64,000 bases of DNA from Candidatus Oxydemutatoraceae bacterium (GTDB taxonomy: Bacteria; Pseudomonadota; Gammaproteobacteria; Poriferisulfidales; Oxydemutatoraceae), in the NCBI GenBank assembly GCA_965220085.1, contig CBDCOZ010000003.1, positions 480,001-544,000 of the forward strand. The letters run 5' to 3'. Shown here piece after piece: positions 1 to 9,509 of this stretch; position 1 is the first letter of the stretch, and each line of letters starts with the position of its first letter. The translations under genes were made by a program, and so were the position numbers. A model generated the notes under the pieces. It was not told the origin of the DNA. It was given only the letters and a program-made list of their open reading frames with translations, and ran no database searches.

Positions 1-186
1 CAATGCCACCATGGCGATCAGTCGCTCCCGGCTCAGATGATCCCGGGACTCGGGCACTTGTTGCGTGACCCACTCGTTGATGTAGTCCGCCGCTTCGCGC
101 AAATGTTCTTCCTCTTCCCTCGCGCACTCAAAGCGGTAGGCGCTGTTGAGCAGTGTGATTTCCGTTGTGTGCGTTTTATCTTCCAT
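1..186 (-). CDS. zapA: Cell division protein ZapA (5' part; runs off window start)
   Basis: Manual translation from ATG at 186: MEDKTHTTEITLLNSAYRFECAREEEEHLREAADYINEW...RERLIAMVAL, a ZapA-like pattern. Start overlaps the upstream gene's stop (TAATG). Confidence 0.85.
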   Translation of the reverse strand, partial: MEDKTHTTEITLLNSAYRFECAREEEEHLREAADYINEWVTQQVPESRDHLSRERLIAMVAL

Positions 187-419
187 TACTGATTCTCTTC
201 CAGTGACTTCAGTCTTGTGATGAGGGATTCTATGCAAGTCTTGACGTGATGATTATCCTCAATGAGGGATGCATTTTTGGAGGCAAGGCTCTGTTGCTCT
301 TGTCGGAGCAATTGGTTTTCTTTCGTCATTCGTTCATAACTCTCGAGTAAGTTCGTCACCTGCTTTTCAAGTTCTGAAATCAGATTGACACCTTGTTTTT
401 CATGTATCTGATTATGCAT
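186..419 (-). CDS. TIGR02449-family / ZapB-like short coiled-coil protein
   Basis: LEKQVTNLLESYERMTKENQLLRQ...IESLITRLKSLEE coiled coil in the usual position upstream of zapA. Start taken at ATG 419. Confidence 0.8.
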   Translation of the reverse strand: MHNQIHEKQGVNLISELEKQVTNLLESYERMTKENQLLRQEQQSLASKNASLIEDNHHVKTCIESLITRLKSLEENQ

Positions 420-638
420 ATATAGAATATTATCGATATTTTCTATTGCGTCAAGTTGTTTGCAATCGGCAAAATCGGGCGATATCGGACAGAGCAAAAC
501 CGCCGGATTAGACGGGATTGCTTTCTGTTGTCTGTTATGCGTGTAAATATATGAAATAATGAGTAAAATAGTGACTATACAAAGATTGCCTTTCGGCTAG
601 CATTACGAATTGGCATATGTTGTATTAAGGTATAAACG

Positions 639-1973
639 ATGTCAGATACAAAGAGCAAAGAGAAATATTTTGACCGCATTCGGGCGGAATGTGTCGGTCG
701 CCGCAAGCGGCTGATTCGCGGTATCGGTCGGCATGGGATTCTCATTTTACGCGCTGCGCCGCAACAAAAGTTCTCCAATGATGTTCATTACCGATACAGA
801 CAGAACAGCAGTTTCCATTACCTGACAAACATCGGCGAAGACGACGTCATCATGGTGTTGGCTCCCGGTTGCGCACACGGGGACTACTTATTGTTCTGCA
901 AAGAGAATAGCGAGCATAACCTCGTGTGGGAAGGAAGCCGTATCGGCTTGCGCAAAGCGGTCGGGGTTTTTGGCGCCGACAAAGCGTTCGCGTCGGAAGA
1001 ATTCTTCGCTTGCTTGCCCGGCTTGCTGAACGGGCGCGAACACCTCTATTGCGATACGAGCGACGAGGAATTTTTTGCCGATCTCGTCGCGGCCTGCTCG
1101 CAGGCGAGCCGGCGAAAAGGCGGCATCCTGCCGCGTCATTTCAGCGATAGCGACATATTGCTACACGAGATGCGCCTGCTCAAGTCGGCGGCGGAAAAGC
1201 GCCTCTGCCAACTGGCGGCGGATATCTCAATGGCCGCGCAGTTGCGGGCGTGGCGCCGTTGCCGCCCCGGCGCATACGAGTACGAAGTGGCCGCCGAGTT
1301 GCTACACGAATACAACCGCCACGATGCCCCCGCGGCGTATCCCCCGATCGTTGCGGGCGGAGCGAATGCCTGCGTGTTGCACTATATAAAGAATAGCGAC
1401 AAGCTGAAGAAGGGCGGCTTGTTGCTGATCGATGCGGGAGCGGAGTATCAAATGTATGCGAGCGATATTACGCGAACGATTCCGGTGAGCGGGACATTCA
1501 CCCGCGCGCAGAAAGAGGCTTACGATGTCGTTCTGGCCGCGCAACGCAGCGCGATATCCAAGGCGCGGGTCGGCAACACATGGGATACGGTACACAGCGC
1601 TTGCGTACGGGAGCTGACCAGAGGGCTGGTGGACATGGGCTTATTGCGCGGTTCGGTGCCGGCCTTGATCAAAAAGCGCGCGTATGGCGAATATTTCATG
1701 CACGGCACCGGGCATTGGCTTGGGATGGATGTTCACGATGCGGGGTTGTATTTTCAAAACGGCGCGCCCCGCCGCTTTGAAGCCGGAATGTTTTTGACGA
1801 TAGAGCCGGGTTTGTATATGCGCGCGGGCAAGCACATCCCGTCTTGCTGGCGCAATACCGGGATACGCATAGAAGACGATGTTTTCATCTCCGCAACGGG
1901 CGCGCAAGTGTTGACAGCCGCTTTGCCGAAAGAAACGGATGAAGTCGAGCGGGCGATGGCCGCGCCCGAGTAG
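639..1973 (+). CDS. pepP: Xaa-Pro aminopeptidase (aminopeptidase P)
   Basis: Motifs YRQNSSFHYLT, LIDAGAEY, YASDITRT, HGTGHWLGMDVHD, TIEPGLY, GIRIEDDV; pepP-ubiH synteny. Confidence 0.95.
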   Translation: MSDTKSKEKYFDRIRAECVGRRKRLIRGIGRHGILILRAAPQQKFSNDVHYRYRQNSSFHYLTNIGEDDVIMVLAPGCAHGDYLLFCKENSEHNLVWEGSRIGLRKAVGVFGADKAFASEEFFACLPGLLNGREHLYCDTSDEEFFADLVAACSQASRRKGGILPRHFSDSDILLHEMRLLKSAAEKRLCQLAADISMAAQLRAWRRCRPGAYEYEVAAELLHEYNRHDAPAAYPPIVAGGANACVLHYIKNSDKLKKGGLLLIDAGAEYQMYASDITRTIPVSGTFTRAQKEAYDVVLAAQRSAISKARVGNTWDTVHSACVRELTRGLVDMGLLRGSVPALIKKRAYGEYFMHGTGHWLGMDVHDAGLYFQNGAPRRFEAGMFLTIEPGLYMRAGKHIPSCWRNTGIRIEDDVFISATGAQVLTAALPKETDEVERAMAAPE

Positions 1974-1975
1974 CA

Positions 1976-3202
1976 GTGCCCCGCCGGTATCAGTTTGATA
2001 TTGCCATAGTCGGCGGCGGCCTCGCCGGCATATCGATGGCGCACGCCTTGCGCGAATACCGCGGGCGGGTGGCGCTGATCGATCGGCAAAATCTCGCGCG
2101 GGCGGCCGAATTCTCGCCGCCGTTGCGGGCCATCGCATTGTCGGACGGCAGCCGCCGCATCTTTTCGGCATTGGGGGTATGGGATGAAATCGCCCCGCGC
2201 GCAAGCGCTGTGCGCTGTATCCGGGTGTCGGAGCGAGCCGCTTTCGGCGCGACAAAAATCAACGCGCATAGCGAGCGGCTCGATGCGCTTGCCTATGTGG
2301 TAACGAATGCCGAGCTGTTGCGCGCCCTGTATCGCGCCCATGAAGTTGTCGGCAAAGCGACCTTGCTCTCGGGTCACACATTGACGGATGCGCAACGGCG
2401 GGACGATGGCCTTGACATATCTTTGCGTTGCGAAGGGCAGGCAAAGACCTTGTCCGCCCGCCTCTTGATTCTTGCCGACGGCGGCGGCGCGCTGTCGGCC
2501 GAATTGGGGTTTGCCCGCCGGCGGACAGATTATCGTCAAACCGCGCACGTCATAACGGCGGAGACCGGGCGCGCTTACGATGGCGTCGCGCACGAACGCT
2601 TCGGCGCGCGCGGTCTGTTTGCGGTGTTGCCGCTTGACGGCGCGCATCGGCGGGTCATCGTCTGGGCGGCGCGCAATGACGAATCGGAGGCGATAGCGCG
2701 GTCGCCGGACGACGAACTGGCGCATATATTGCGCGCGCAACTGGGGGCGCATGTCGGCGATGTCAGCGTGGTCGGCAAGCGCTTTTCGTATCCTCTGGAG
2801 TTGTGCTATGTGTCGCGCCCCGCGCGCGACTCGGTCGTGCTCATCGGCGATGCCGCCCACAGGTTGCACCCGGTTGCCGGGCAAAGTTTCAACCTCAGTC
2901 TGCGCGACATCGCATTTCTTGCCGAGCACATTGCAAATAGCGAGCGCGTCAATGCGCCGGATATGCTCGCTGCGTATTGCCGCGCGCGCGACAAGGACAC
3001 GCAACGGGTCGTGCGCTTTACCGACGGCCTGGCGCGGGCGGTCATGTGTCCGGCACGAAGCGCTGCGATATTGCGCGGCGCCGGTTTGGCTGTGTTGAAC
3101 GCATTGCCTCCGCTACGGCGCTTTGTCGTGCGCCGCAGTTTGGGCCTGTCACCCCCGTATTCGCGGCTTGCGTGCGGCATGCCGTTGCGAGACGATGGCT
3201 GA
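1976..3202 (+). CDS. ubiH: 2-octaprenyl-6-methoxyphenol hydroxylase (FAD monooxygenase)
   Basis: IVGGGLAG Rossmann motif, LADG, IGDAAHRLHPVAGQSFNLSLRD; directly follows pepP. GTG start. Confidence 0.9.
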   Translation: MPRRYQFDIAIVGGGLAGISMAHALREYRGRVALIDRQNLARAAEFSPPLRAIALSDGSRRIFSALGVWDEIAPRASAVRCIRVSERAAFGATKINAHSERLDALAYVVTNAELLRALYRAHEVVGKATLLSGHTLTDAQRRDDGLDISLRCEGQAKTLSARLLILADGGGALSAELGFARRRTDYRQTAHVITAETGRAYDGVAHERFGARGLFAVLPLDGAHRRVIVWAARNDESEAIARSPDDELAHILRAQLGAHVGDVSVVGKRFSYPLELCYVSRPARDSVVLIGDAAHRLHPVAGQSFNLSLRDIAFLAEHIANSERVNAPDMLAAYCRARDKDTQRVVRFTDGLARAVMCPARSAAILRGAGLAVLNALPPLRRFVVRRSLGLSPPYSRLACGMPLRDDG

Positions 3203-4355
3203 TTCAAGCGGCGGCATTGCGGTTGTCGGCGGCGGCGTCATCGGACTTGCCTGTGCGATTCGCCTGGCGATGGAGGAGGCGCCGGTTCTGCTCGTTGTCG
3301 GAAGCGGCGGCAAGCCCGAGCCTGTCGGCACGGATGATTGGGATGCGCGGACATATGCCCTCAACCGTTTGTCGTGTCGCTTTCTGGATGCGATTGGCGC
3401 GCTGGCATTGGTCGCGCGTTATGGGGTGTTTGAAGCGATGGATGTGTGGGATGAGAGGGGCGGGCGTATGCGCTTTGATGCGACCGATATCGGCGAGCCC
3501 CGCCTTGGCATCGTGCTTGAGCACGCCGCATTATTGTCCGCGTTGTGGGTGCGCATACAAGCGTTTCCGAATATAGAATGTGTTGCAAAAAACATCGACG
3601 CGATAGCGTTTCCCGCGCAAGAGCGGGCGGCCTGCCGTTTGGCATTTGCCGACGGCGATGCGCGTGATGCCGGTTTTGTAATCGGCGCCGACGGAGCGCG
3701 TTCGCAGGCGCGACAGCAAGCGGGCATAGAGTGGCAACAACGGGACTATCGCCACACCGCGCAGGCGGCGGCGGTCAAGACGGAAGCGAGCCATCGCAGA
3801 ACGTGCTTGCAGCAGTTTTCCCGCGCCGGGGTCGCCGCCCTGTTGCCGTTAGCGGATAAAGTCTGTGCCGCAATCTGGTCGCATGCAAAACCGGCATCGG
3901 CGGATGCGTTTGAGCAATTCTTCTCGCAGCAGATGGGCCTGGGTCGGGTTGAGATTATTTCGCAACTCGCATCCTTCCCGCTTTATGGCGGCATGGCCAA
4001 AACCTCTATCGCCCCGCGTTGCGCGCTGGTCGGCGATGCGGCGCGCCACATTCACCCGCTGGCAGGGCAGGGGGCGAATTTGGGCTTTGGCGATTTGGCC
4101 GCCCTGTTTGATGCGTTGCGACAAAGCCCGACGAAGCGATTCACTTGGGCGGTGTTGCGCCGCTATCAACGTATGACCGCGGCAAACAACCGCATCATGA
4201 AAGGCGGTCTCGAAGGTTTGCTGGCGCTGACCGATTGCGATGACAGGCTCATCGGCGCCTTACGCCGCACAGCCTACAACCGTGTCGATCAAAGCGTCGG
4301 ATTAAAGAAAAAGTTTATGCGCTATGCGGGCGGAGCGCGTTATCCGGGCTACTGA
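3195..4355 (+). CDS. ubiI: UbiI/UbiF/VisC-family FAD-dependent hydroxylase
   Basis: VVGGGVIG, IGADGARS, VGDAARHIHPLAGQGANLGFGD; follows ubiH. Start at ATG 3195. Confidence 0.8.
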   Translation: MADSSGGIAVVGGGVIGLACAIRLAMEEAPVLLVVGSGGKPEPVGTDDWDARTYALNRLSCRFLDAIGALALVARYGVFEAMDVWDERGGRMRFDATDIGEPRLGIVLEHAALLSALWVRIQAFPNIECVAKNIDAIAFPAQERAACRLAFADGDARDAGFVIGADGARSQARQQAGIEWQQRDYRHTAQAAAVKTEASHRRTCLQQFSRAGVAALLPLADKVCAAIWSHAKPASADAFEQFFSQQMGLGRVEIISQLASFPLYGGMAKTSIAPRCALVGDAARHIHPLAGQGANLGFGDLAALFDALRQSPTKRFTWAVLRRYQRMTAANNRIMKGGLEGLLALTDCDDRLIGALRRTAYNRVDQSVGLKKKFMRYAGGARYPGY

Positions 4356-6056
4356 AGCACCGCACAACATTCGCCCGCCGGCGGGGCAGGGGCGAATTTG
4401 GGCTTTGGCGATTTGGCTGCCCTGTTTGATGCGTTGCGACAAAGCCCGACGAAGCAATTCACTTGGGCGGTGTTGCGCCGCTATCAACGTATGACCGTGG
4501 CAAACAACCGCATCATGAAAGGCGGTCTCGACGGTTTGCTGGCGCTAACCGATTGCGATGACAGGCTCATCGGCGCCTTACGCCGCACAGCCCATCCAAG
4601 AAGTCACAAACAACCTAAGAAGTCACAAACAACTGAGTGTTGTTTGTGCTCCCTAAACCGTTTGTGCTCCACAAACCGTGTCGATCAAAGCGTCGGATTA
4701 AAGAAAAAGTTTATGCGCTATGCGGGCGGAGCCCGTTATCCGGGCTACTGAAGCGCCGCACAACATTCGCCCGCCGGCGGGGCAGGGGCGAATTTGGGCT
4801 TTGGCGATTTGGCTGCCCTGTTTGATGCGTTGCGACAAAGCCCGACGAAGCAATTCACTTGGGCGGTGTTGCGCCGCTATCAACGTATGACCGTGGCAAA
4901 CGACCGCATCATGAAAGGCGGCATCGACGGTTTGCTGGCGCTAACCGATTGCGATGACAGGCTCATCGGCGCCTTACGCCGCACAGCCCATCCAAGAAGT
5001 CACAAACAACCTAAGAAGTCACAAACAACCTAAGAAGTCACAAACAACTGAGTGTTGTTTGTGCTCCCTAAACCGTTTGTGCTCCATTGCCGTGCTCCCT
5101 AAACCGTTTGTGCTCCACAAACCGTGTCGATCAAAGCGTCGGATTAAAGAAAAGGTTTATGCGCTATGCGGGCGGAGCGCGTTATCCGGGCTACTGAAGC
5201 GCCGCACAACATTCGCCCGCCGGCGGGGCAGGGGCGAATTTGGGCTTTGGCGATTTGGCTGCCCTGTTTGATGCGTTGCGACAAAGCCCGACGAAGCAAT
5301 TCACTTGGGCGGTGTTGCGCCGCTATCAACGTATGACCGCGGCAAACGACCGCATCATGAAAGGCGGTCTCGAAGGCTTGCTGGCGCTAACCGATTGCGA
5401 TGACAGGCTCATCGGCGCCTTACGCCGCACAGCCCATCCAAGAAGTCACAAACAACCTAAGAAGTCACAAACAACCTAAGAAGTCACAAACAACTGAGTG
5501 TTGTTTGTGCTCCCTAAACCGTTTGTGCTCCACAAACCGTGTCGATCAAAGCGCCGGTTTAAAGAAAAAGTTTATGCGCTATGCGGGCGGAGCGCGTTAT
5601 CCGGGCTACTGAAGCGCCGCACAACATTCGCCCGCCGGCGGGGCAGGGGCGAATTTGGGCTTTGGCGATTTGGCTGCCCTGTTTGATGCGTTGCGACAAA
5701 GCCCGACGAAGCAATTCACTTGGGCGGTGTTGCGCCGCTATCAACGTATGACCGTGGCAAACAACCGCATCATGAAAGGCGGTCTCGACGGTTTGCTGGC
5801 GCTAACCGATTGCGATGACAGGCTCATCGGCGCCTTACGCCGCACAGCCCATCCAAGAAGTCACAAACAACCTAAGAAGTCACAAACAACCTAAGAAGTC
5901 ACAAACAACCTAAGAAGTCACAAACAACTGAGTGTTGTTTGTGCTCCCTAAACCGTTTGTGCTCCACAAACCGTGTCGATCAAAGCGTCGGATTAAAGAA
6001 AAGGTTTATGCGCTATGCGGGCGGAGCCCGTTATCCGGGCTACTGAAGCGCCGCAA
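4047..6056 (+). repeat. Five tandem copies of the ubiI 3' end (~320 bp core); copies 2-5 carry a short-repeat insertion
   Basis: Units start near 4047, 4366, 4762, 5208 and 5623. Each repeats GGGCAGGGGGCGAATTTGGGCTTTGG...CCGGGCTACTGAAGC with scattered SNPs. Confidence 0.95.
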
Positions 6057-6534
6057 AGGCGGCTTCATAGTCGGGCTCATCGGTGATTTCCGCTACCAAC
6101 TGGTTATATATAACCGTATTTTTCTGGTCCAAAACCACTACCGCCCGCGCCGCCACTCCGGCCAAGGGGCCGCTGATGATCTCCACCCCGTAGTCCTTGG
6201 CAAAGGACGAGCGCAGAGTGGATAGCATGGTGGCATTGGTTGTCTTCTCGTTGGAACAGAAACGACCTATCGCAAAAGGCAAGTCGGCGGACACGATGAG
6301 TATGTCGGTGTCTTCGTGTTCTGTCGCCATCTCATCAAACTTCTTTGCCGAAGTCGCGCAGACCGGCGTATCAAGGCTCGGAACGATGGAAATCAATTTT
6401 TTCTTATTAAAATCTTTCAGGCTCTTCTCTTCCAGCTCTTGGTTAAGAAGTCTGAAGTCAGGCGCATCGCTGCCGACTGCGGGCAAATTCCCGTTGGTGT
6501 TTATTTCGTCACCGTGTATCGTGATGGAAGTCAT
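6040..6534 (-). CDS. tpx: Thiol peroxidase (atypical 2-Cys peroxiredoxin)
   Basis: VPSLDTPVCATSAKKF, VSADLPFAIGRFC, ARAVVVLD, EPDYEAA. Confidence 0.95.
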   Translation of the reverse strand: MTSITIHGDEINTNGNLPAVGSDAPDFRLLNQELEEKSLKDFNKKKLISIVPSLDTPVCATSAKKFDEMATEHEDTDILIVSADLPFAIGRFCSNEKTTNATMLSTLRSSFAKDYGVEIISGPLAGVAARAVVVLDQKNTVIYNQLVAEITDEPDYEAAFAALQ

Positions 6535-6646
6535 AATCTCCCTCCGTTATTTTTGAAAGGGGTAATTATACTATTAGTGCGAAACCTTGCATATCATGCC
6601 TATATAATGGTATGGCATATATATATGCGAGATTGATTTTCCCGCA

Positions 6647-7348
6647 ATGGATTTTTCGGAAGTATTAAAAACGGCATTTGTGATGATACTGGAGCTTGAT
6701 TCCGACCTTGCGGAAATCATCCTCTTGTCTCTTCGGGTCAGCCTGAGCGCTATCGTCATAGCGGCGCTCATCGCCTTGCCGCTCGGCGCATTGCTTGCGG
6801 TCAAAAGTTTTCCGACGCGCGGATTTTGGATTAGCCTGCTCAACGCCTTCATGGGTTTGCCGCCGGTCGTCGTCGGCCTCTTCGTGTATCTGATGTTATC
6901 GCGCTCGGGTCCGCTCGGCCCTTTGAGTTTGCTCTATAGCCCGACGGCGATGATCATTGCGCAGGCGCTTTTAATCTTTCCGATCATCGCCGCCCTGACG
7001 CATCAAACGATCAGAGACTTGTGGGCTGCCTGCGAGGAACAACTGCGCTCGCTCGGCAGCAACACACTGCGCTCCGCCAAAACCCTGCTATGGGAAGGGC
7101 GCTACAGCCTGCTGACAGCGGTATTGGCGGGCTTCGGGCGCGGCAACGCGGAAGTCGGAGCGGTATTTATTGTCGGCGGCAATATCAACCACTCCACGCG
7201 CGTGATGACAACGACTATTGCGATGGAAAGCAGCAAAGGCAACTTGTCTCTGGCCTTGGCCCTCGGCGTCATTTTGATTTTGCTCTCGGTGGCGATCACA
7301 TCGTCAATCTATTGGATTAACCGCGCGTCAAAAGACTCCGCCGCATAA
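6647..7348 (+). CDS. tupB: Tungstate ABC transporter permease
   Basis: MGLPPVVVGL, SRSGPLG, AGFGR..AEVGAV.IVGGNI...TRVMTTTIA; hydrophobic. Confidence 0.9.
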   Translation: MDFSEVLKTAFVMILELDSDLAEIILLSLRVSLSAIVIAALIALPLGALLAVKSFPTRGFWISLLNAFMGLPPVVVGLFVYLMLSRSGPLGPLSLLYSPTAMIIAQALLIFPIIAALTHQTIRDLWAACEEQLRSLGSNTLRSAKTLLWEGRYSLLTAVLAGFGRGNAEVGAVFIVGGNINHSTRVMTTTIAMESSKGNLSLALALGVILILLSVAITSSIYWINRASKDSAA

Positions 7349-7362
7349 CTTGGGAACGGACA

Positions 7363-8064
7363 ATGCGACTTGATGTAAAAAACGTCAGTTACTCGGTGCC
7401 CGGGCATCGCCTGATCGACAATATCAGTTTCGCCAGCAAGGCCGATGCGCGCACCGCCTTGCTCGGCGCGAACGGCGCCGGCAAAACCCTGTTGCTGCGT
7501 TTGTGCCACGGCTTGCTGAAACCGACCGCCGGCGAGATCCGTTGGCAAGGACAAGACCTGACATCGGTTATCAACCAAATCGTGATGGTCTTTCAAACGC
7601 CTGTTTTGTTGTCGCGCAGCGTCAGGAAGAACATCGAATACGCGATCAGCCTGCGCGCGATAAAAGGCGAAGAGCGCAGGCGGCGCGCGCAACAAGCGTT
7701 GCAACTGGTCGGCCTTGCGGACTATGCCGACCAACAAGCGGCGGTCATGTCGGGCGGCCAGCGGCGCCGCATTGCGATCGCGCGCGCGTGGGCGCTCAAA
7801 CCGTCGGTCATCTTATTGGACGAACCGACCTCCAATCTCGATATGGAATCCGCCGCGCAAGTCGAAGATCTCATTCTGGCGCTCGCCGGCGAAGGCGTGA
7901 AAATCATTTTCACATCGCACAGTCCGGCTCAGGCCAAACGCCTCTGCGACGAAGTCATCTTTCTTGACAAGGGAAAGCTCGTGTGTCATCACGACGCGCA
8001 AGCGTTTTTCTCCGCGCCCGAAGATGCGAGGGTGTCGCGGTTTATCAATTCGCAAGTTCTCTGA
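7363..8064 (+). CDS. tupC: Tungstate ABC transporter ATP-binding protein
   Basis: GANGAGKT Walker A, MSGGQ, LLDEPTSNLD; lies between tupB and tupA. Confidence 0.85.
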   Translation: MRLDVKNVSYSVPGHRLIDNISFASKADARTALLGANGAGKTLLLRLCHGLLKPTAGEIRWQGQDLTSVINQIVMVFQTPVLLSRSVRKNIEYAISLRAIKGEERRRRAQQALQLVGLADYADQQAAVMSGGQRRRIAIARAWALKPSVILLDEPTSNLDMESAAQVEDLILALAGEGVKIIFTSHSPAQAKRLCDEVIFLDKGKLVCHHDAQAFFSAPEDARVSRFINSQVL

Positions 8065-8065
8065 G

Positions 8066-8956
8066 ATGGCGGCGACCGCGGCAACGGCAATCGGTGCGAT
8101 GAGAAGAAGCGGCGCGGGTCGGAAATTTTGCGCCGGGCTGATGACGCTAACGCTCGCCGCGCTGTCGGCGCATGCAAACGGCGGCGGTCAAATCGTACTT
8201 GCCTCAACGACCTCCTTGGACAATTCCGGGTTATACGAGTACCTGCTGCCGCACTTTGAGAAAGAAACGGGCATTGCGGTTTCTGTCATCGCCGTCGGCA
8301 CGGGGCGCGCGCTGAATATCGGGCGCATGGGCGATGCCGATGTTCTCATCGTGCACGACCGCGAGTCGGAATTGGAATTTATCCGCGCGGGATACGGCGT
8401 TGATTGCAAGACATTTATGCATAACGAATATGTCATCGTCGGCCCCAAGGACAACCCGGCCGGCATTCATCCCGAGATGACGATAAAGCAAGCGCTGAAC
8501 ATCATCAAACAAAGCGGCGTGTCTTTTATATCCCGCGGCGACGACAGCGGCACGCACAAGAAGGAATTATTCCTGTGGGACATCAGCGGCATCACGCCAT
8601 CGGCGCGCGATGTTTGGTACATCGAGAGCGGCCGGGGCATGGGCGGCGTTTTGAACATGGCAAACGAAAAGCTGGCGTACACATTGAGCGACTATTCCAC
8701 ATGGGTCAGCTTCAATAACAAGTCAAACCTGATTCTGCTTCTCAAACAAAAACCGCCGATGTACAACCCGTACAGCATCATACTGGTGAGCCCCGAGCGG
8801 TATCCCGAAGCCAACTACCGGGACGCCAAGCGGTTTTCCGATTGGCTAACCGGCGCGAGAGGTCTCGCCCTGATTGCGCGCTTCAAGGTGCGCAACACAC
8901 AACTATTCGAACCATTGCAGGGCGATGCGCAGACGCCCTGCAAGGCCGAGCGATAG
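8066..8956 (+). CDS. tupA: Tungstate ABC transporter substrate-binding protein
   Basis: ASTTSLDNSGL, AVGTGRAL, FISRGDDSGTHKKE, AYTLSD; signal-peptide-like N-terminus. Start uncertain (8066 or later). Confidence 0.9.
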   Translation: MAATAATAIGAMRRSGAGRKFCAGLMTLTLAALSAHANGGGQIVLASTTSLDNSGLYEYLLPHFEKETGIAVSVIAVGTGRALNIGRMGDADVLIVHDRESELEFIRAGYGVDCKTFMHNEYVIVGPKDNPAGIHPEMTIKQALNIIKQSGVSFISRGDDSGTHKKELFLWDISGITPSARDVWYIESGRGMGGVLNMANEKLAYTLSDYSTWVSFNNKSNLILLLKQKPPMYNPYSIILVSPERYPEANYRDAKRFSDWLTGARGLALIARFKVRNTQLFEPLQGDAQTPCKAER

Positions 8957-8967
8957 GCGCGCCTTGC

Positions 8968-9215
8968 ACCGAGTCGCTCGCACGAACGATCGCTCCGCAA
9001 GCAAACCCGGCGATGTCGTGAAACGATGCGCTTCTGGCAACCGAGTCGCTCGCACGAACGATCGCTCCGCAAGCAAGCCCGGCGATGTCGTGAAAACGAT
9101 GCGCTCCTGGCAACCGAGTCGCTCGCACGAACGATCGCTTCGCAAGCAAACCCGGCGATGGCGTGAAAACGATGCGCTCCTGGCAACCGAGTGCTCGCAC
9201 GAACAATCGCTCTCT
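8968..9215. repeat. 72-73 bp tandem repeat, about 3.5 copies, immediately after the tupA stop
   Basis: ACCGAGTCGCTCGCACGAACGATCGCT starts at 8968, 9040, 9113 and (degenerate) 9186. Confidence 0.9.
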
Positions 9216-9509
9216 CCGGCGGCAGAGTCGGCATAGTGTGACCATGCCGGAGGGGAGAAGGCAACCGCCCGTCCCATGCGGGGGAAGCGGCGCTTGCACT
9301 GGCAAGGCAAGGCAGCCGATATGTCGGCAACCCGCTCCATGCGGGGAAAGCAACACTTGCACAAGCAAGGCAAGGGCCGCAAACCATTGTTATAAGCAGT
9401 AATTTTTTATTGTTACCATTGATTTGTTTTATTGAAAACCCATACCCATTTAATAGTGGTATAATCCGAACACTTGAATAGTCAAACTGCTATAAGGAGG
9501 AAAGAAATG
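9170..9509 (+). repeat. Copy 1 of the duplicated ftsH upstream block (copy 2 at ~11158-11562)
   Basis: Shared segments CTCCGGCGGCAGAGTCGGCATAG, CCCATGCGGGGGAAG, TTGTTATAAG, TTTAATAGTGGTATAATCCGAACACTTGAATAG and TAAGGAGGAAAGA. Confidence 0.9.
9457..9465 (+). promoter_or_regulatory. Extended -10 promoter (TGnTATAAT) upstream of the subtilase gene
   Basis: TGGTATAAT about 40 bp before the AAGGAGG-preceded ATG. Confidence 0.65.

Noticed and set aside
4398-5894. Short ORFs MGFGDLAALF... as real genes
   Set aside because: They are fragments of the duplicated ubiI 3' end, with TTG starts and no RBS.
6598-6630. ModE-type operator upstream of tupB (TATATA...TATATAT)
   Set aside because: Spacing and flanks do not fit the consensus well; it could simply be an AT-rich divergent promoter.
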